A DNA stretch of 60,113 nucleotides, filler included, from Spirochaetales bacterium (GTDB taxonomy: Bacteria > Spirochaetota > Spirochaetia > Treponematales > UBA12059), in the NCBI GenBank assembly GCA_016928955.1. It is 2 parts of 2 records of this genome, joined end to end, with 100 filler letters (N's around TTAATTAATTAA, not from the genome) between each part and the next. Parts side by side here need not be neighbours in the genome. Positions count along the whole stretch, not along the records: positions 1 to 29,007 come from JAFGJV010000018.1; 1 more part is not named here. One strand, written 5' to 3'. Of this stretch, positions 9,094-19,470 are shown piece by piece. The notes beneath the pieces were generated by a model. The model worked only from the letters and a program-made list of their open reading frames with translations, did no database searches and was not told where the DNA came from. The position numbers were made by a program, and so were the translations under genes. Each line of letters opens with the position of its first letter. Position 1 is the stretch's first letter.

Positions 9094-11385
9094 CTAGGCG
9101 CCGCCGGAGCGGAGGAAGCCCGCCAGATCCGAGTCCCTGAAAGCGCGCGCCAGCTCGGTCAGGGCTTGCAGGTGTACGGACGGTCCCTGGTCTTCGGGCG
9201 AGCACAGCACGGCCACAATGTCCGGGTGCTCGGGCAGGGCCGCGAGGCGCCAGCCGTCCGCGCGCGCTCCGATGGCCAGAATCGGTTCCGGTATGCCGGG
9301 AATGTGGGCGTGAACCAGTAGAACGCCCGGCTCGAGCAGAATGGGCTGGCGCCGCACCTCGGTGGAGAAGCGGTTGGCCAGTCTGAGCGATGCATCGGCG
9401 TTTCCGGGCAGCACGGCCGCGGTTAGCACGGGCAGGGCGTCCACCAGGGCGGCTTCGTCCATGCCCGTTTTGACCCTGCCAGCTTCCAGGGCGGCTGCAA
9501 CCAGGGGCGGCAAGGCGCCCAAGGACCGTTCCCCGCGGTCTTCCGAGTCCGCCGCGCTCCCCTGGAGGGCGGCGGACTCGGGTGCGTCCTCGGGCAGGTA
9601 CACGGCCACCAGCGGATTGCCCGGGAAGGCGTCCTCAAGGACACCGGCAAGGCGGGCTGTCAGCGGGGACCAGCCAGCCGAACCCGGGCGGGCACCGACC
9701 ACGGCAAGGCTCGCCGTCCCGGCCCCCCTGGCTTTCAGGTCCGCGGCCAGGGTCCGCCAGGACGGGGAGCCAGCCTGCCCCTGGCCTGAAGCGTCGTTGC
9801 CCCCAACCGGCCACAACTCAAACTTGGCTCCCGGACCGGCTATGCGCCCGAGCGCGCTCACGGCGCGGGAAAAATAGGGATGGGTCTGCGTGCCCTCGGC
9901 GTAGGCTGCCACCAGCCTTCTGGAATCCGCCATGGCATCGGGATTGCGGGCGCTGAAAATGAGCACTGACGTCGCCTCGGCCAGCGCGTCCAGGGCCGGC
10001 AAGGGACCCTCAACGTCAGCCTCTGACAGCCGCCTCCAGCCCAGGACCAGGCTATCGGCGCCCCGCTCAAGCACGGCCCTGGCCAGGCCGTCGGCCGGGC
10101 TGGCCGCCACAACTATGGACGGCAGCACGCGCATGCCGCCCGCCGCGCCCGCGGCCACGCCGTTGACCAGGGCGTCCTCAGCGTCTGCCAGACCAAAGCC
10201 TGCCGTGCCCCGCGCGGCTGCAACGCACACGGCGCGGACGGGCTCGTTCTGGGCGCCAAGGTCGCGCGCCAGTCTGAGCACGCCCGGAGTGCTCTCCCGT
10301 TTGCCTATGGCCGCTATGGGCCGCAGGGGGGCGCCTTGGGTCTTGAGGCGTCGCTTGAACAGGCTGTATGCCGCATCCGCCAGCCCCGCTGCCGCCAAGG
10401 CAAGGACCAGCCCGGCGGCAAGCTCGACGCGGCCAAGCGACGCAGCCAGGGCAAGGGCGCCGCCGTTGTGGGGAAGGGCCAAGGGGCGGTCCTGCGGCCG
10501 TCTGCCCAGACCGACGACTATCCAGCGCGCTGCAAAGGCCAGGATAGCCGCCGCGCCCACGGCGGCGCTTGTACCCAAGGCGGCCAATGGGGGAAAGCCC
10601 ACGGCCAGGCCGGCGGCAAAGGCGGCCGTGTCCTGCCACGCCTGAGGAATGCGCCGTGAGTCCGCGCCGCGCCCGTGCGGATGCTCGGCCAGGCCGGCGG
10701 CCGAGGCTGCCAAGGCAGGCGACATGCCCGACGCGGCAAGACCTAGGCCGCCCATGGCCCCCAGAAGATTGCGGAAGCGCCCTCTTCGGGATGTCCTTGC
10801 CGCCCGCGCCGCCTTGCAGCTGAGGGCAACTGCCAGCAGGGCGGCCATTCCCAGACCGAGGGCCAGGAGCCGGGGCGTGCCCAGGGCAGACTCGGTGCCC
10901 AAGACCGCCCAGCCCGCCGCCAGAACGAGCAGGGACATAAGCCGCTCGGCTGCGTACAGGGGCGCGGCTCCCATGACCAGCGCGGCCAGGGCAAGAGCCG
11001 CGTACAGGGCCGCTGGACCGATGTGCCCGAAGACGGGGATCGCTGCAAGGGCAAGGACCAGGGGAACGGTTCCGGCCAGGGCGAGGGCCGCTCTCTCGCC
11101 GCGCTCGGGCGGCCATGGCGGAAGGGCCGGCTGGCCGGCGGCCGCCAGGAAGGCACCGGCTGCAAGGATGAGGGCAAGAGCTTCCGGCGACACTATCCAC
11201 GCGGCGGCAGGATCCGACCTGGCCAGGGAAAGCACAACCAGCCGCGTTCCCGCGCCGGCCGCCGCCACGCAGGCCTGGGCAAACCCGCGGGAGGCCGCCC
11301 GCACGGGTCCGGCCAGGCTTGAGGCGGCCAGGAACAACAGCATGACCAGAAACGGCGTCGCTGCCGCGAGCGCGATGCTCTCCAT
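9094..11385 (-). CDS. Divergent membrane protein with USP-like and C-terminal PTS IIA(2)-like domains (CPA2 antiporter-USP-EIIA architecture)
   Basis: Ala/Leu-rich hydrophobic N-half; ADSLVLGW USP-like segment; C-terminal PILLEPGVLLVHAH...VLCSP...HLQALTELA resembles the EIIA(Fru/Ntr) fold; own promoter TTGTAA-17-TACCAT. Confidence 0.55.
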   Translation of the reverse strand: MESIALAAATPFLVMLLFLAASSLAGPVRAASRGFAQACVAAAGAGTRLVVLSLARSDPAAAWIVSPEALALILAAGAFLAAAGQPALPPWPPERGERAALALAGTVPLVLALAAIPVFGHIGPAALYAALALAALVMGAAPLYAAERLMSLLVLAAGWAVLGTESALGTPRLLALGLGMAALLAVALSCKAARAARTSRRGRFRNLLGAMGGLGLAASGMSPALAASAAGLAEHPHGRGADSRRIPQAWQDTAAFAAGLAVGFPPLAALGTSAAVGAAAILAFAARWIVVGLGRRPQDRPLALPHNGGALALAASLGRVELAAGLVLALAAAGLADAAYSLFKRRLKTQGAPLRPIAAIGKRESTPGVLRLARDLGAQNEPVRAVCVAAARGTAGFGLADAEDALVNGVAAGAAGGMRVLPSIVVAASPADGLARAVLERGADSLVLGWRRLSEADVEGPLPALDALAEATSVLIFSARNPDAMADSRRLVAAYAEGTQTHPYFSRAVSALGRIAGPGAKFELWPVGGNDASGQGQAGSPSWRTLAADLKARGAGTASLAVVGARPGSAGWSPLTARLAGVLEDAFPGNPLVAVYLPEDAPESAALQGSAADSEDRGERSLGALPPLVAAALEAGRVKTGMDEAALVDALPVLTAAVLPGNADASLRLANRFSTEVRRQPILLEPGVLLVHAHIPGIPEPILAIGARADGWRLAALPEHPDIVAVLCSPEDQGPSVHLQALTELARAFRDSDLAGFLRSGGA

Positions 11386-11441
11386 ACCGTAATGGTAGGC
11401 GGATATGCCTGTCCTTACAACCTGGAAAACACAGCTTCGGG

Positions 11442-13157
11442 TCAGATCTGGTTCTCGCCTGTGGTTTTGACCCAGCGCGCCTCCGCGGGCCCAAAGGGCA
11501 CGGGACCCGCGTCCAGGCGTTCGCCGGACAGGAGGTCGACTCCGGACCAGGGCAGGTTCACGCTGAGGCTATCCGTGGACACGTTGACCAGTACGGCCAC
11601 CGCCCCGTCGATCGGGTCGCCACGGAGCACTGAAAACAGGCGGTCGTCCAATTTTAGCGTGCGCTGTCCGGCTCCCGGAGCCAGGGCCGGTTCGCGCGAG
11701 CGGATGTCTATCATGGCAATAATGCGTTTGAACACGTCGGCGCGTATGCCCCGGCCAGAGTCCAGGGCCGACCGGATGTCCGCGTACACGAGTTTTTTAC
11801 GGTTGATGCGACGCTTGATGCCGGATTCCTGGACACCCAGGATCCAGTTGCGCGTACCCAACAGGCTGTGCACGTATATGCCGGGCAGTCCGTCCAGGCC
11901 AAGCAGGATGGCGTGGGCGGCGGCAAAGCGCCGTGCCAGGCCGGCTTCTGACAGGCCGGGCAGGCCCAGGGCGTCAAGGTAGCTGATGTTGAGCTCGTAG
12001 GGTTGGGGCTGTCCGCCGGGCACTTCCCGGTAGCTGACCAGGCCGCCGCGGTCCAGGCAAGCGTCCACCAGCAGGGCGCGGTCCGCGTCGCTCAGAATGC
12101 CCTCGGTCGGCCGCAGGCCTATGCCGTCATGGGAGGCCAGAAAGTTGAACCAGGCGCAGGACGGGGGCAGGGGCTCGGTGCCGAGCGACGCAACCCAGGC
12201 GTTCAGGATGGCGGCCGAGCCCGACACAAAGGCGTGCAGGGTCAAGGGCGGCAGGGGAAACTGGTACACCAGGTGGGCTTCGTCGCCGCGGCCGAAATAC
12301 GCCACGTTCTGGTCGTGCGGCACGTTGGTTTCCGTGATCAGCCGCGTGCCCCTGCCGAGGGCGTCCAAAGCCAGCCTGAAGGCCTTGACCAGGGCGTGGG
12401 CGCCGGGCCGGTTGATGCAGTCCGTGCCCGCTTCTTTCCAGATAAAGCCCACGGCGTCCAGGCGGATGAACGCGGCCCCCATGCGCGCGTAGTACAGGAG
12501 GAGGTCCAGGATGTCCAGGAAGGCGTCCGGGTTCCCGAAATGTATGTCCACCTGGTCGTGGCTGAAGGTGGTCCACACGGATACCCGCCCGTCAGCTCCG
12601 TCAAAGTCCGTGAACAGGGGCAGGGCCCGCGGACGCACCACGGCAGAATAATCCGCGTCCGGATCCCGGCGGATGAAGTAGCCCGAGTAGCGAGCGTCGC
12701 CCCGCAGGAACGCCCTGAACCACGGACTGGACGCGGATACGTGGTTGACCACCGCGTCGAGCATGAGGGAGCGCTTGAGGGACAGCGCCCGGATGTCCTG
12801 CCAGTCGCCGAGCGAGCTGTCCACGGCCCGGTAGTCGCTCACGGCGAAACCGTCGTCCGACGTGGACGGGTACATGGGGAGTATGTGCACGGCGCTGATA
12901 GACGAGCCCGCGTAACGGTCCAGGAAGTCTGCGAGCACGCGCAGGGGTGGACGTTCTCCGTCCTGGATGGAGTCGCCGTAGGTGATCAGCATCACGTCGC
13001 GCTGGTCCAGGCGACCAGAGGGCGCGGGCGGGCCGCCTCCCTGGGCGCGGTGCCGCTCCACGAGCGTGGCAACCCTGGCGGCCAGCGCCGGAGCGCTGTC
13101 GCCGTACAGCGGGTAAAGGAGGCGTTCCAGCGTATCCGCGGGAAAGGCGTCAGCCAT
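11442..13157 (-). CDS. ycjM: GH13_18 phosphorylase, glucosylglycerate phosphorylase type
   Basis: LITYGDS, SDDGFAV, WTTFS-DQVD, RLDAVGF, ETNVPH, FLASHDGIG and PYELN motifs. Confidence 0.88.
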   Translation of the reverse strand: MADAFPADTLERLLYPLYGDSAPALAARVATLVERHRAQGGGPPAPSGRLDQRDVMLITYGDSIQDGERPPLRVLADFLDRYAGSSISAVHILPMYPSTSDDGFAVSDYRAVDSSLGDWQDIRALSLKRSLMLDAVVNHVSASSPWFRAFLRGDARYSGYFIRRDPDADYSAVVRPRALPLFTDFDGADGRVSVWTTFSHDQVDIHFGNPDAFLDILDLLLYYARMGAAFIRLDAVGFIWKEAGTDCINRPGAHALVKAFRLALDALGRGTRLITETNVPHDQNVAYFGRGDEAHLVYQFPLPPLTLHAFVSGSAAILNAWVASLGTEPLPPSCAWFNFLASHDGIGLRPTEGILSDADRALLVDACLDRGGLVSYREVPGGQPQPYELNISYLDALGLPGLSEAGLARRFAAAHAILLGLDGLPGIYVHSLLGTRNWILGVQESGIKRRINRKKLVYADIRSALDSGRGIRADVFKRIIAMIDIRSREPALAPGAGQRTLKLDDRLFSVLRGDPIDGAVAVLVNVSTDSLSVNLPWSGVDLLSGERLDAGPVPFGPAEARWVKTTGENQI

Positions 13158-15456
13158 GGCGGGCTCCGCTTCCGTCCGCGCGTACCAGCAGGCTTCCGTC
13201 CAGCCTGAGCGCGGAACCGAGCACGGTCACGTCGCAGGGCGGGCCGTCCTCAAGCGCCAGTTCCACGGACGCTTGTGTGGCCCGCACCCTGACCAGCCTG
13301 CCGCGCCAGCGAACAAAGTAGCTGAGGGAGCTCCAGGCCTGGGGCAGGGCGGGGCTCACCGACAGCCCGCTCTCGTCCATTCTGAGCCCGCCAAAGCCCT
13401 GGACCGCGGCCATCCAGACGGACGCCAGGCCGGCGGCGTGGATGCCGTCGTCGGACGAGTGGGGCCGTGGCCCCAGGTCCACGTCCAGGGCGTCCAGGAA
13501 GCGGGCGTACGCTTCATCCCGTAAGCCAAGTCGGGCGGCCACCACGGCGTGGACTCCGGGGCTGAGCGACGAGTCGTGCACGGTGCGGCTTTCGTAGTGG
13601 CGGTAGGTGGCCACGCCCTGGTCGCGGGACAGCATGTCCGGGCGGAGGTACATGAGCATGACGGCGTCAGCCTGTTTGAGCACCTGCAGGCGGTTCAGTT
13701 CCTCCCGGCGGTAATCAAAGAGGATGGCCTGCTTGCGTTCGGCGACGCGGTAGGGCGCCACGTCTATGGACGGGAGGCCGAGGAACGTGTCGTCCTGGGG
13801 GAGTATGCCGTCCGGTCCGGGCAGGGGCAGATAGAGGGCATCGCGCACCCGCCGATAGGTACCGTGCCGTTTGGCCAGGTCCAGGCGTTCCCACAGGGGC
13901 CCAAGGACAGCTGGCGCGGGTCGGCCGGGTTCCCAGTCCCCGTAGAGGTCCAGTGCAGATTCCAGGCTTTCATGGGCCAGGTAGTTGGTGTACGCGTTGT
14001 TGTCCACGCGCTCGCTGTATTCGTCGGGGCCGACCACGTCCAGGATGTCGCAGCGCCGGCCGCCGCCCCGCCACGCCGCGCGCGAGCACCAGAACCAGGC
14101 CAACTCCAGGATGAGCTCGGCGCCGCCCTGGTCCAGAACGAACGAGTCGCCTGAGTCGCGCGCAAAGGCGGCCATCGCGTGGGCTATGTCCGCGCTGACG
14201 TGGACTTCCCGGAGGCCGGCGTGGACGGGCACGGGCAGGCCGCTGTCCTTGTCCATACCGGCGCTGGCCGGGGTTTCGTCGTCCCCGGAAAGGGCGCTTT
14301 CCCAGGGGAACATGGCACCCTGGTAAGCCCTTCGCGCGGCCAGGGACCGGGCGGCCGACAGGCGGTCCACGCGGTATTCGAGCATGGACCTGGCGGCGCG
14401 GGGAAACACGCTGGCCACGCAGGGCAGGATGAACAGTTCCGCGTCCCAGAACACGTGGCCCCGGTAGCCTTCTCCGGAGAGGCCCTTGGCTCCCACGGAC
14501 AGGCGCTTGGAAGGATGCGGCGTCATGGCCCATACGTGGTACCATGCTGTCCTGAGCGACCACGCGTCCTCTGGCCGTGCCGACTCAAGGTCGGGGGCCA
14601 GGGCCCAGTAAGGCGCCCAGGCGCGGGCACTTTCTTCCAGAAGGGCCTGGTAGTCCATGGGCGGGTCCCGCTCGGGCTGGAAGGGGCCGGCCGCGGGAGC
14701 CGAATGGATCATGGCCCAGCGCTCAAAGACCACAGGGCCGCCCACGCGCGTTTCCAGGTGACAGCTGAGGCGGCGACGCTCGGACACAAAACGCTTGGAC
14801 AGATGGCCGGAGAGGCCGCCCTCCGCTTTGAACCCGAACGACGCTCGAACCCTGAGCCGGGAACCGCTATCCAGCGTCCGCGCGCTGTACTCGAGCACCG
14901 CGCCCCGTTCCACCCGCCGGTCCCCATCCGTGAAGTGCTGGGTGCCCGAGTTGGTCACCCTGCCGTCTATGCCCACGCGGATGCCCAGCGATCCCCCGCC
15001 TTCCGGGGGCTCAAGCTCGGTGCGGAAAGCCAGTACGCCAGGCCTGGCCATGGACGCAAAGCGCCTGAATGTCAGCCGCCACGGTTTGCCCTGGCCTGAG
15101 GACCACGCGAAGGAACGGACCAGCTCGCCCGTGCGCAGGTCAAGCGAGCGCTGGTATTCGGACGGCGGGCAGGCCAGGAGATCAAGACGCGCTCCGTCCA
15201 GGGTCAGGTCCATTGCCGAGGGATCGGGCAGGTTGGGAAGCTCGGCGCTTTCGTTTCCCGTGTCGTCCCAGAAGCCGGCCAGGTACAGGCCCCGGGTTTG
15301 CCCGGCGTAGGCCTCCTCGTGGGATGACCTGAGGCCGAGCTGGCCGTTGCCGCACAGCATGAGGCTTTCGGCCTTGCCGAAATACTCGGGGTCAAAGCGA
15401 CGCTCGACGACGCTCCAGCCATCATCCGACGGAAACAGCCCCGCGCGCTCTCTCAT
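13150..15456 (-). CDS. ycjT: GH65 phosphorylase (kojibiose phosphorylase-like)
   Basis: AKGLSGEGYRGHVFWD, GAMFPWES, GPDEY, NNAYTN, KQAD and HDSSLS motifs. Confidence 0.88.
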   Translation of the reverse strand: MRERAGLFPSDDGWSVVERRFDPEYFGKAESLMLCGNGQLGLRSSHEEAYAGQTRGLYLAGFWDDTGNESAELPNLPDPSAMDLTLDGARLDLLACPPSEYQRSLDLRTGELVRSFAWSSGQGKPWRLTFRRFASMARPGVLAFRTELEPPEGGGSLGIRVGIDGRVTNSGTQHFTDGDRRVERGAVLEYSARTLDSGSRLRVRASFGFKAEGGLSGHLSKRFVSERRRLSCHLETRVGGPVVFERWAMIHSAPAAGPFQPERDPPMDYQALLEESARAWAPYWALAPDLESARPEDAWSLRTAWYHVWAMTPHPSKRLSVGAKGLSGEGYRGHVFWDAELFILPCVASVFPRAARSMLEYRVDRLSAARSLAARRAYQGAMFPWESALSGDDETPASAGMDKDSGLPVPVHAGLREVHVSADIAHAMAAFARDSGDSFVLDQGGAELILELAWFWCSRAAWRGGGRRCDILDVVGPDEYSERVDNNAYTNYLAHESLESALDLYGDWEPGRPAPAVLGPLWERLDLAKRHGTYRRVRDALYLPLPGPDGILPQDDTFLGLPSIDVAPYRVAERKQAILFDYRREELNRLQVLKQADAVMLMYLRPDMLSRDQGVATYRHYESRTVHDSSLSPGVHAVVAARLGLRDEAYARFLDALDVDLGPRPHSSDDGIHAAGLASVWMAAVQGFGGLRMDESGLSVSPALPQAWSSLSYFVRWRGRLVRVRATQASVELALEDGPPCDVTVLGSALRLDGSLLVRADGSGARHG

Positions 15457-16499
15457 GGGCGGCCTGGTTCCACGGGCTGGCCGAGCTCGGCTGAACGGTA
15501 CAGGAGGTCGACCAGCTCCATGAGGGCGGTGCCCTCCCGCGCCGTGGAACGGGCCGGACTCCAGGACAAGGCCGCGCGCGCGAAGTCTTCCACGCACTCG
15601 GCATGGCCGCGAGGCTCGCCTGGGAAGGGCAGGCACAGGTCAGACAACTGGCCGCCCGATTCCCCGTACACCCGGAGCGGATACAGGGACAGGCCTGCCT
15701 GCGAACCGTACAGCTCCACATTCATGACGGATTTGGGGCCCATGTTCAGGGCGTAGGCCGTGTCCACGGACAGGGACGAACCGTCCGCAAAGCGTATGAA
15801 GCCGAACAGGGAATCTTCCACGCTGAAGCGCCCGGGGTCCCAGCTTCCCATGAGGCCGGGTCCTGCCCGCGTCCCAAGTTCCGCGTACGACGCGGCAGAT
15901 ACGGACGCCGGTTCGGGCCAGCCCAGGATGTGCATGGCCAGGTCCAGCATGTGCACGCCTATGTCCATGAGGGCTCCGCCGCCTGAGGCTGCCTTGTCGG
16001 TAAAACCGCCCCATCCGGGTATGCCCCGGCGCCTGAGCGCCTGCACGCGGCCCGAGTACACGCGCCCGAGTTCTCCGCGCAAGGCCGCGGCCTTGGCGTA
16101 TTCGGCCTCGGGCGTAAAGCGCCAGTGGAAACCATAGGCCAGGATGACGCCGTTGCGCTCTGCCGCTTCCTCCATGGTCCGGGCTTCCTGCGCCGTCAGG
16201 GCGGGTGGCTTTTCGCACAGCACGTGGATGCCCGCTTCCAATGCGGCCAGGGTGGCCGGGGCGTGGAGCTTGTTGCCCACGCATACGCTGACCGCATCCA
16301 GGCCGCCCGCGCGTATGAGTTCGTCCCAGGACGTGTATGCGTGCGGTACGCCAAAATTCCTGGCCGCGGCCTGGACCCGGTCCCGCGAGCTGTCGCACAC
16401 CGCCACCAGGTCCACGCAGTCCAGCTTGGCGTACGCCGGCAGGTGCGCGGTGGTGGCCACGTTGCCGGCGCCGATCACGCCCACGCGGAGGCGTTTCAT
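15453..16499 (-). CDS. ycjS: Gfo/Idh/MocA oxidoreductase
   Basis: GVIGAG, CEKP, RRRGIPGWG and GGGALMDIGVH motifs; ycj context. Confidence 0.88.
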   Translation of the reverse strand: MKRLRVGVIGAGNVATTAHLPAYAKLDCVDLVAVCDSSRDRVQAAARNFGVPHAYTSWDELIRAGGLDAVSVCVGNKLHAPATLAALEAGIHVLCEKPPALTAQEARTMEEAAERNGVILAYGFHWRFTPEAEYAKAAALRGELGRVYSGRVQALRRRGIPGWGGFTDKAASGGGALMDIGVHMLDLAMHILGWPEPASVSAASYAELGTRAGPGLMGSWDPGRFSVEDSLFGFIRFADGSSLSVDTAYALNMGPKSVMNVELYGSQAGLSLYPLRVYGESGGQLSDLCLPFPGEPRGHAECVEDFARAALSWSPARSTAREGTALMELVDLLYRSAELGQPVEPGRP

Positions 16500-17308
16500 C
16501 GAAGGTAGCCCGCCTCTCCCAGGACGCGCCGCGCAAAACCCACCGACGAGCGGTAGGCCGCCTCAGGATCGTCGCCCTTGACCCTGCATTCAAAGGAAAA
16601 GGCTCCGTCATACCCGGCCACCCTGAGCGCGCGCAGGCCGGGAAGGAAGTCCGTGTGCCCGGAGCCAGGCTGGAAGCGCTGGGAATCGGCCAAGTGGACA
16701 TGGCCTATCAGGGCGGCGTGGGACGTCACGCTGGCGGCCATGCTGTCTTCCTCTATGTTCATGTGGTAAAAATCCGCGCATATCCGGACGCGGGAGAAGG
16801 ACCCCGCGCGTATCAGCTCGGCGGCAGTGGACAGGTGGTTGACCATGTGGTCCTCATAGCGGTTGAGCGGCTCCAGGAAAACAAAGACTCCGTGCCTGCC
16901 CGCGATGTCCTCAAGCCTGGACAGGGAGTCCAAAAGCACGGCACGGTCATCGTCCGGGCCGCGCGGGGGCGTCATGGGCGGCAGGCGCAGGGAGAACATG
17001 CCCCAGGCCGCCGGTACCACCGCGCCGTACGCGCCAAGGCTCGCCGCGCCGGCCAGGATGGCCGACAGGTCGTCCAGGCATTCCCGACGCCTGTCCGTGT
17101 CAAAATGCCCAATCCAGCCCCGGTACCCGCCGCACAGGGCGACCACGGGAACGCCGCTTGCGTCCACGGCCTGCCTGAGCTCGTCCAGGCGCGACAAGGC
17201 CAGCCCGCCGTCAGCCTCATAAGCGTCAAAGCCCAGGGCTTTGACCGCCCGCAGTTTTTCCACCAGGCCAAGCGGCAAAAAGGGTTTGTCATGGGTCGCA
17301 AGAAACAT
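16496..17308 (-). CDS. ycjR: Sugar phosphate isomerase/epimerase (3-keto-hexoside epimerase-like)
   Basis: EPLNRYE, DFYHMNIEE, HVHLADSQR-QPGSGH and FEC motifs of the AP_endonuc_2 family. Confidence 0.85.
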   Translation of the reverse strand: MFLATHDKPFLPLGLVEKLRAVKALGFDAYEADGGLALSRLDELRQAVDASGVPVVALCGGYRGWIGHFDTDRRRECLDDLSAILAGAASLGAYGAVVPAAWGMFSLRLPPMTPPRGPDDDRAVLLDSLSRLEDIAGRHGVFVFLEPLNRYEDHMVNHLSTAAELIRAGSFSRVRICADFYHMNIEEDSMAASVTSHAALIGHVHLADSQRFQPGSGHTDFLPGLRALRVAGYDGAFSFECRVKGDDPEAAYRSSVGFARRVLGEAGYLR

Positions 17309-17341
17309 GGTACCTCCTCGGAGCCTTGCGGGGCGACGCTG

Positions 17342-18400
17342 TCAGAACCAGACGCCCAGCTTGACGGACGACTCCGGTTCACGGTCAACATGGCGCATGA
17401 AGCCTTCGGCACTGCCCAGGAAGGGAACCACCGGGTCGACGATGCTTTGGCAGTCCAGGCGGCCGCCCATCAGCATGGCCCAGCAGCTGTCCTCTATGCG
17501 CCGGCGGTTCCAGCGGGGGTGGTCGCGGTTGGGTTCGCTGGACGCGCGCGAGAAGACGATGTCGCCGGCGTTGAAATGGGCTTCCCGGCCCAGCCTGAGG
17601 CCGTTGATTTCCTTGGAAAAGGCCACGTAGGAAACCCGGCCGCCGTAAGCCAGGCCGCGCAGGGCTGCCTGGAGGGCCGATCCGTGGCCTGAGGTTTCCA
17701 CCACGGCGTCCACGCCCAGGCGGCCGGTGGCCTTTTTAAGCTCCAGGCCGATATCCAGCGCCGGGTCGGAGGGATCCAGGACCAGGTCGGCCCCGTACGA
17801 GCGCGCCAGGTCCCTGCGCCGCGCTATAGGGTCAACGGCGGCCAGGAAGCCTGGGCCCACGGCGCGTATCATCTGCAGGGCCAGGAGCCCTATGGCGCCG
17901 AGCCCGAACACGCAGGCGGCGTCTCCCGGCCGTATGAGAGCGTCGCGCACCCCGCCCAGGGCGAACTGCGCCGGATCGTAGCACAAAGCGGCTTTCCACG
18001 ACGCGCCTTCTGGCAGATGACGAAGGCGGTAGTTGTCAATGGCCGGCGCTATGTGGGTTTCGCGGATGCCTCCGTAGGAAGCCACGCGCTGTCCCACGGC
18101 GTACGCTTTGACATCCTTGCCTGCCTCCACGATCCGCCCCACGTACATGTTGCCCAGGTTCCACGACCCGAACTCGACGCCGGGGCGCTCGCCCGCCGTC
18201 CTGGGCATGAAGGCCAGCCACGCGGGGTCAAAGGCTTCTGCCATGAAGGGGCTCTGGCCGCGGAAGTCCACCAGTTCCGTGCCGTGTTTGGGCGACGCGT
18301 ACTCGACCTGTATCCTGACCTCGTCGGACCGGATGGGCCTGTCCTCGTAGTCTTGAAGCTCGGCCAGCCCGGGGGCCGCCGCGATGAGCGCTTTTGGCAT
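17342..18400 (-). CDS. ycjQ: Zinc-type alcohol dehydrogenase-like protein
   Basis: SPKHGTE, GLGAIG Rossmann motif and REAHFN, typical of YcjQ. Confidence 0.85.
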   Translation of the reverse strand: MPKALIAAAPGLAELQDYEDRPIRSDEVRIQVEYASPKHGTELVDFRGQSPFMAEAFDPAWLAFMPRTAGERPGVEFGSWNLGNMYVGRIVEAGKDVKAYAVGQRVASYGGIRETHIAPAIDNYRLRHLPEGASWKAALCYDPAQFALGGVRDALIRPGDAACVFGLGAIGLLALQMIRAVGPGFLAAVDPIARRRDLARSYGADLVLDPSDPALDIGLELKKATGRLGVDAVVETSGHGSALQAALRGLAYGGRVSYVAFSKEINGLRLGREAHFNAGDIVFSRASSEPNRDHPRWNRRRIEDSCWAMLMGGRLDCQSIVDPVVPFLGSAEGFMRHVDREPESSVKLGVWF

Positions 18401-18434
18401 GGTGCGTCCTTGTGGCCGCCCAGGCGGCCTTGCG

Positions 18435-18471
18435 GGAACCTCTAAAAACCCCATGGTTCTTAGATGCTTCC
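18435..18471. repeat. Short palindromic repeat, family B (GGAACCTCTAAAAAC...)
   Basis: GGAACCTCTAAAAACC-CCAT-GGTTCTTAGATGCTTCC; related copies at 23902-23937 and 46249-46288. Confidence 0.6.
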
Positions 18472-19464
18472 TTATTTTGTGGTACCTCGGGCGACGACCC
18501 GGGACGATATGGTGATTTCCCGAGGCCGTTCGTACGGCGGCTTTCCGTTCCAGATTTCCTTTAAGTGGGCCACCGCAGCCTCAGCCTTGTCCTTTAGGTG
18601 CTGGTCCATGGTCGTCAGGCGCCACCAGGCTGACTGAGGCAGGTCGTCAAAGCCCATGAGGCCCAGTTCGGCGGGCACGTTAATGCCCCGCTCCCGGCAG
18701 GCTTCCAGGCCGCCCAGGGCCATGACGTCGCAGGCGAAGAATACGGCGTCCGGCGGCTCGGGCCGGCCCAGGAGCTCTGCCATGGCGCCCTTGCCGCCGT
18801 CAAACGATAGGGGGCCCCTGGTCTCTCGGGCGTCGTCCGGCGCGGCACCGGCCCGTTCCAGGGCGGCACGGTAGCCAGCTCGCCTGTCGCGCAGGGTGTC
18901 GTCTTCCGGATCCCAGCCCACAAAGCCGGGTCGCGTGTAACCGCGTTCAAGGAGATAGGAGCAGGCGTCAAACCCGCCGGCGTAATTGTTGTTGTTTATG
19001 GAATGGAGGAAGGGATTCCGCGTCTGCACGGCTATGGCCGGGATGGTGTGCCTGTCCAAAAGCTCGGCCGCCTGCTTGTCCAAAAGCAGGCTGAAGGCCA
19101 CCACGGCGTCTATCTGATCAAGCGGCAGCCTGTGCGTGCGGCTGTATTCATAGAAGTTGCGCTCGCCCTCAAGGTCCAGGACTATCAGGTGCTTGTCCAG
19201 GGGCAAGAGGGCTTTCTGAAGCTCGCGGAAGAACTGGATGACGGAATCGAGGCTCAGGTTGGGTACGGCAAGGGCTACCAGGCCTGATTCCGGGCGGTCA
19301 TGACGGTGTTTCAGGGGCGGAGCGTAGCCCAGCTCGTTCATCGCGTCGAATACCGCGCGGCGCGTGCTTGGCTGGACCTTGTCCGGATCGTTGAACACGC
19401 GGCTGACCGTGCTTGGGCTGACTCCAGCCGCCTGGGCGACCGTTTGTATGGATACGCGTGCCAT
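18472..19464 (-). CDS. LacI family transcriptional regulator of the ycj cluster
   Basis: IQTVAQAAGVSPSTVSRVFN HTH; PDAVFFACD and GFDD motifs. Confidence 0.92.
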   Translation of the reverse strand: MARVSIQTVAQAAGVSPSTVSRVFNDPDKVQPSTRRAVFDAMNELGYAPPLKHRHDRPESGLVALAVPNLSLDSVIQFFRELQKALLPLDKHLIVLDLEGERNFYEYSRTHRLPLDQIDAVVAFSLLLDKQAAELLDRHTIPAIAVQTRNPFLHSINNNNYAGGFDACSYLLERGYTRPGFVGWDPEDDTLRDRRAGYRAALERAGAAPDDARETRGPLSFDGGKGAMAELLGRPEPPDAVFFACDVMALGGLEACRERGINVPAELGLMGFDDLPQSAWWRLTTMDQHLKDKAEAAVAHLKEIWNGKPPYERPREITISSRVVARGTTK

Positions 19465-19470
19465 GGCTCG

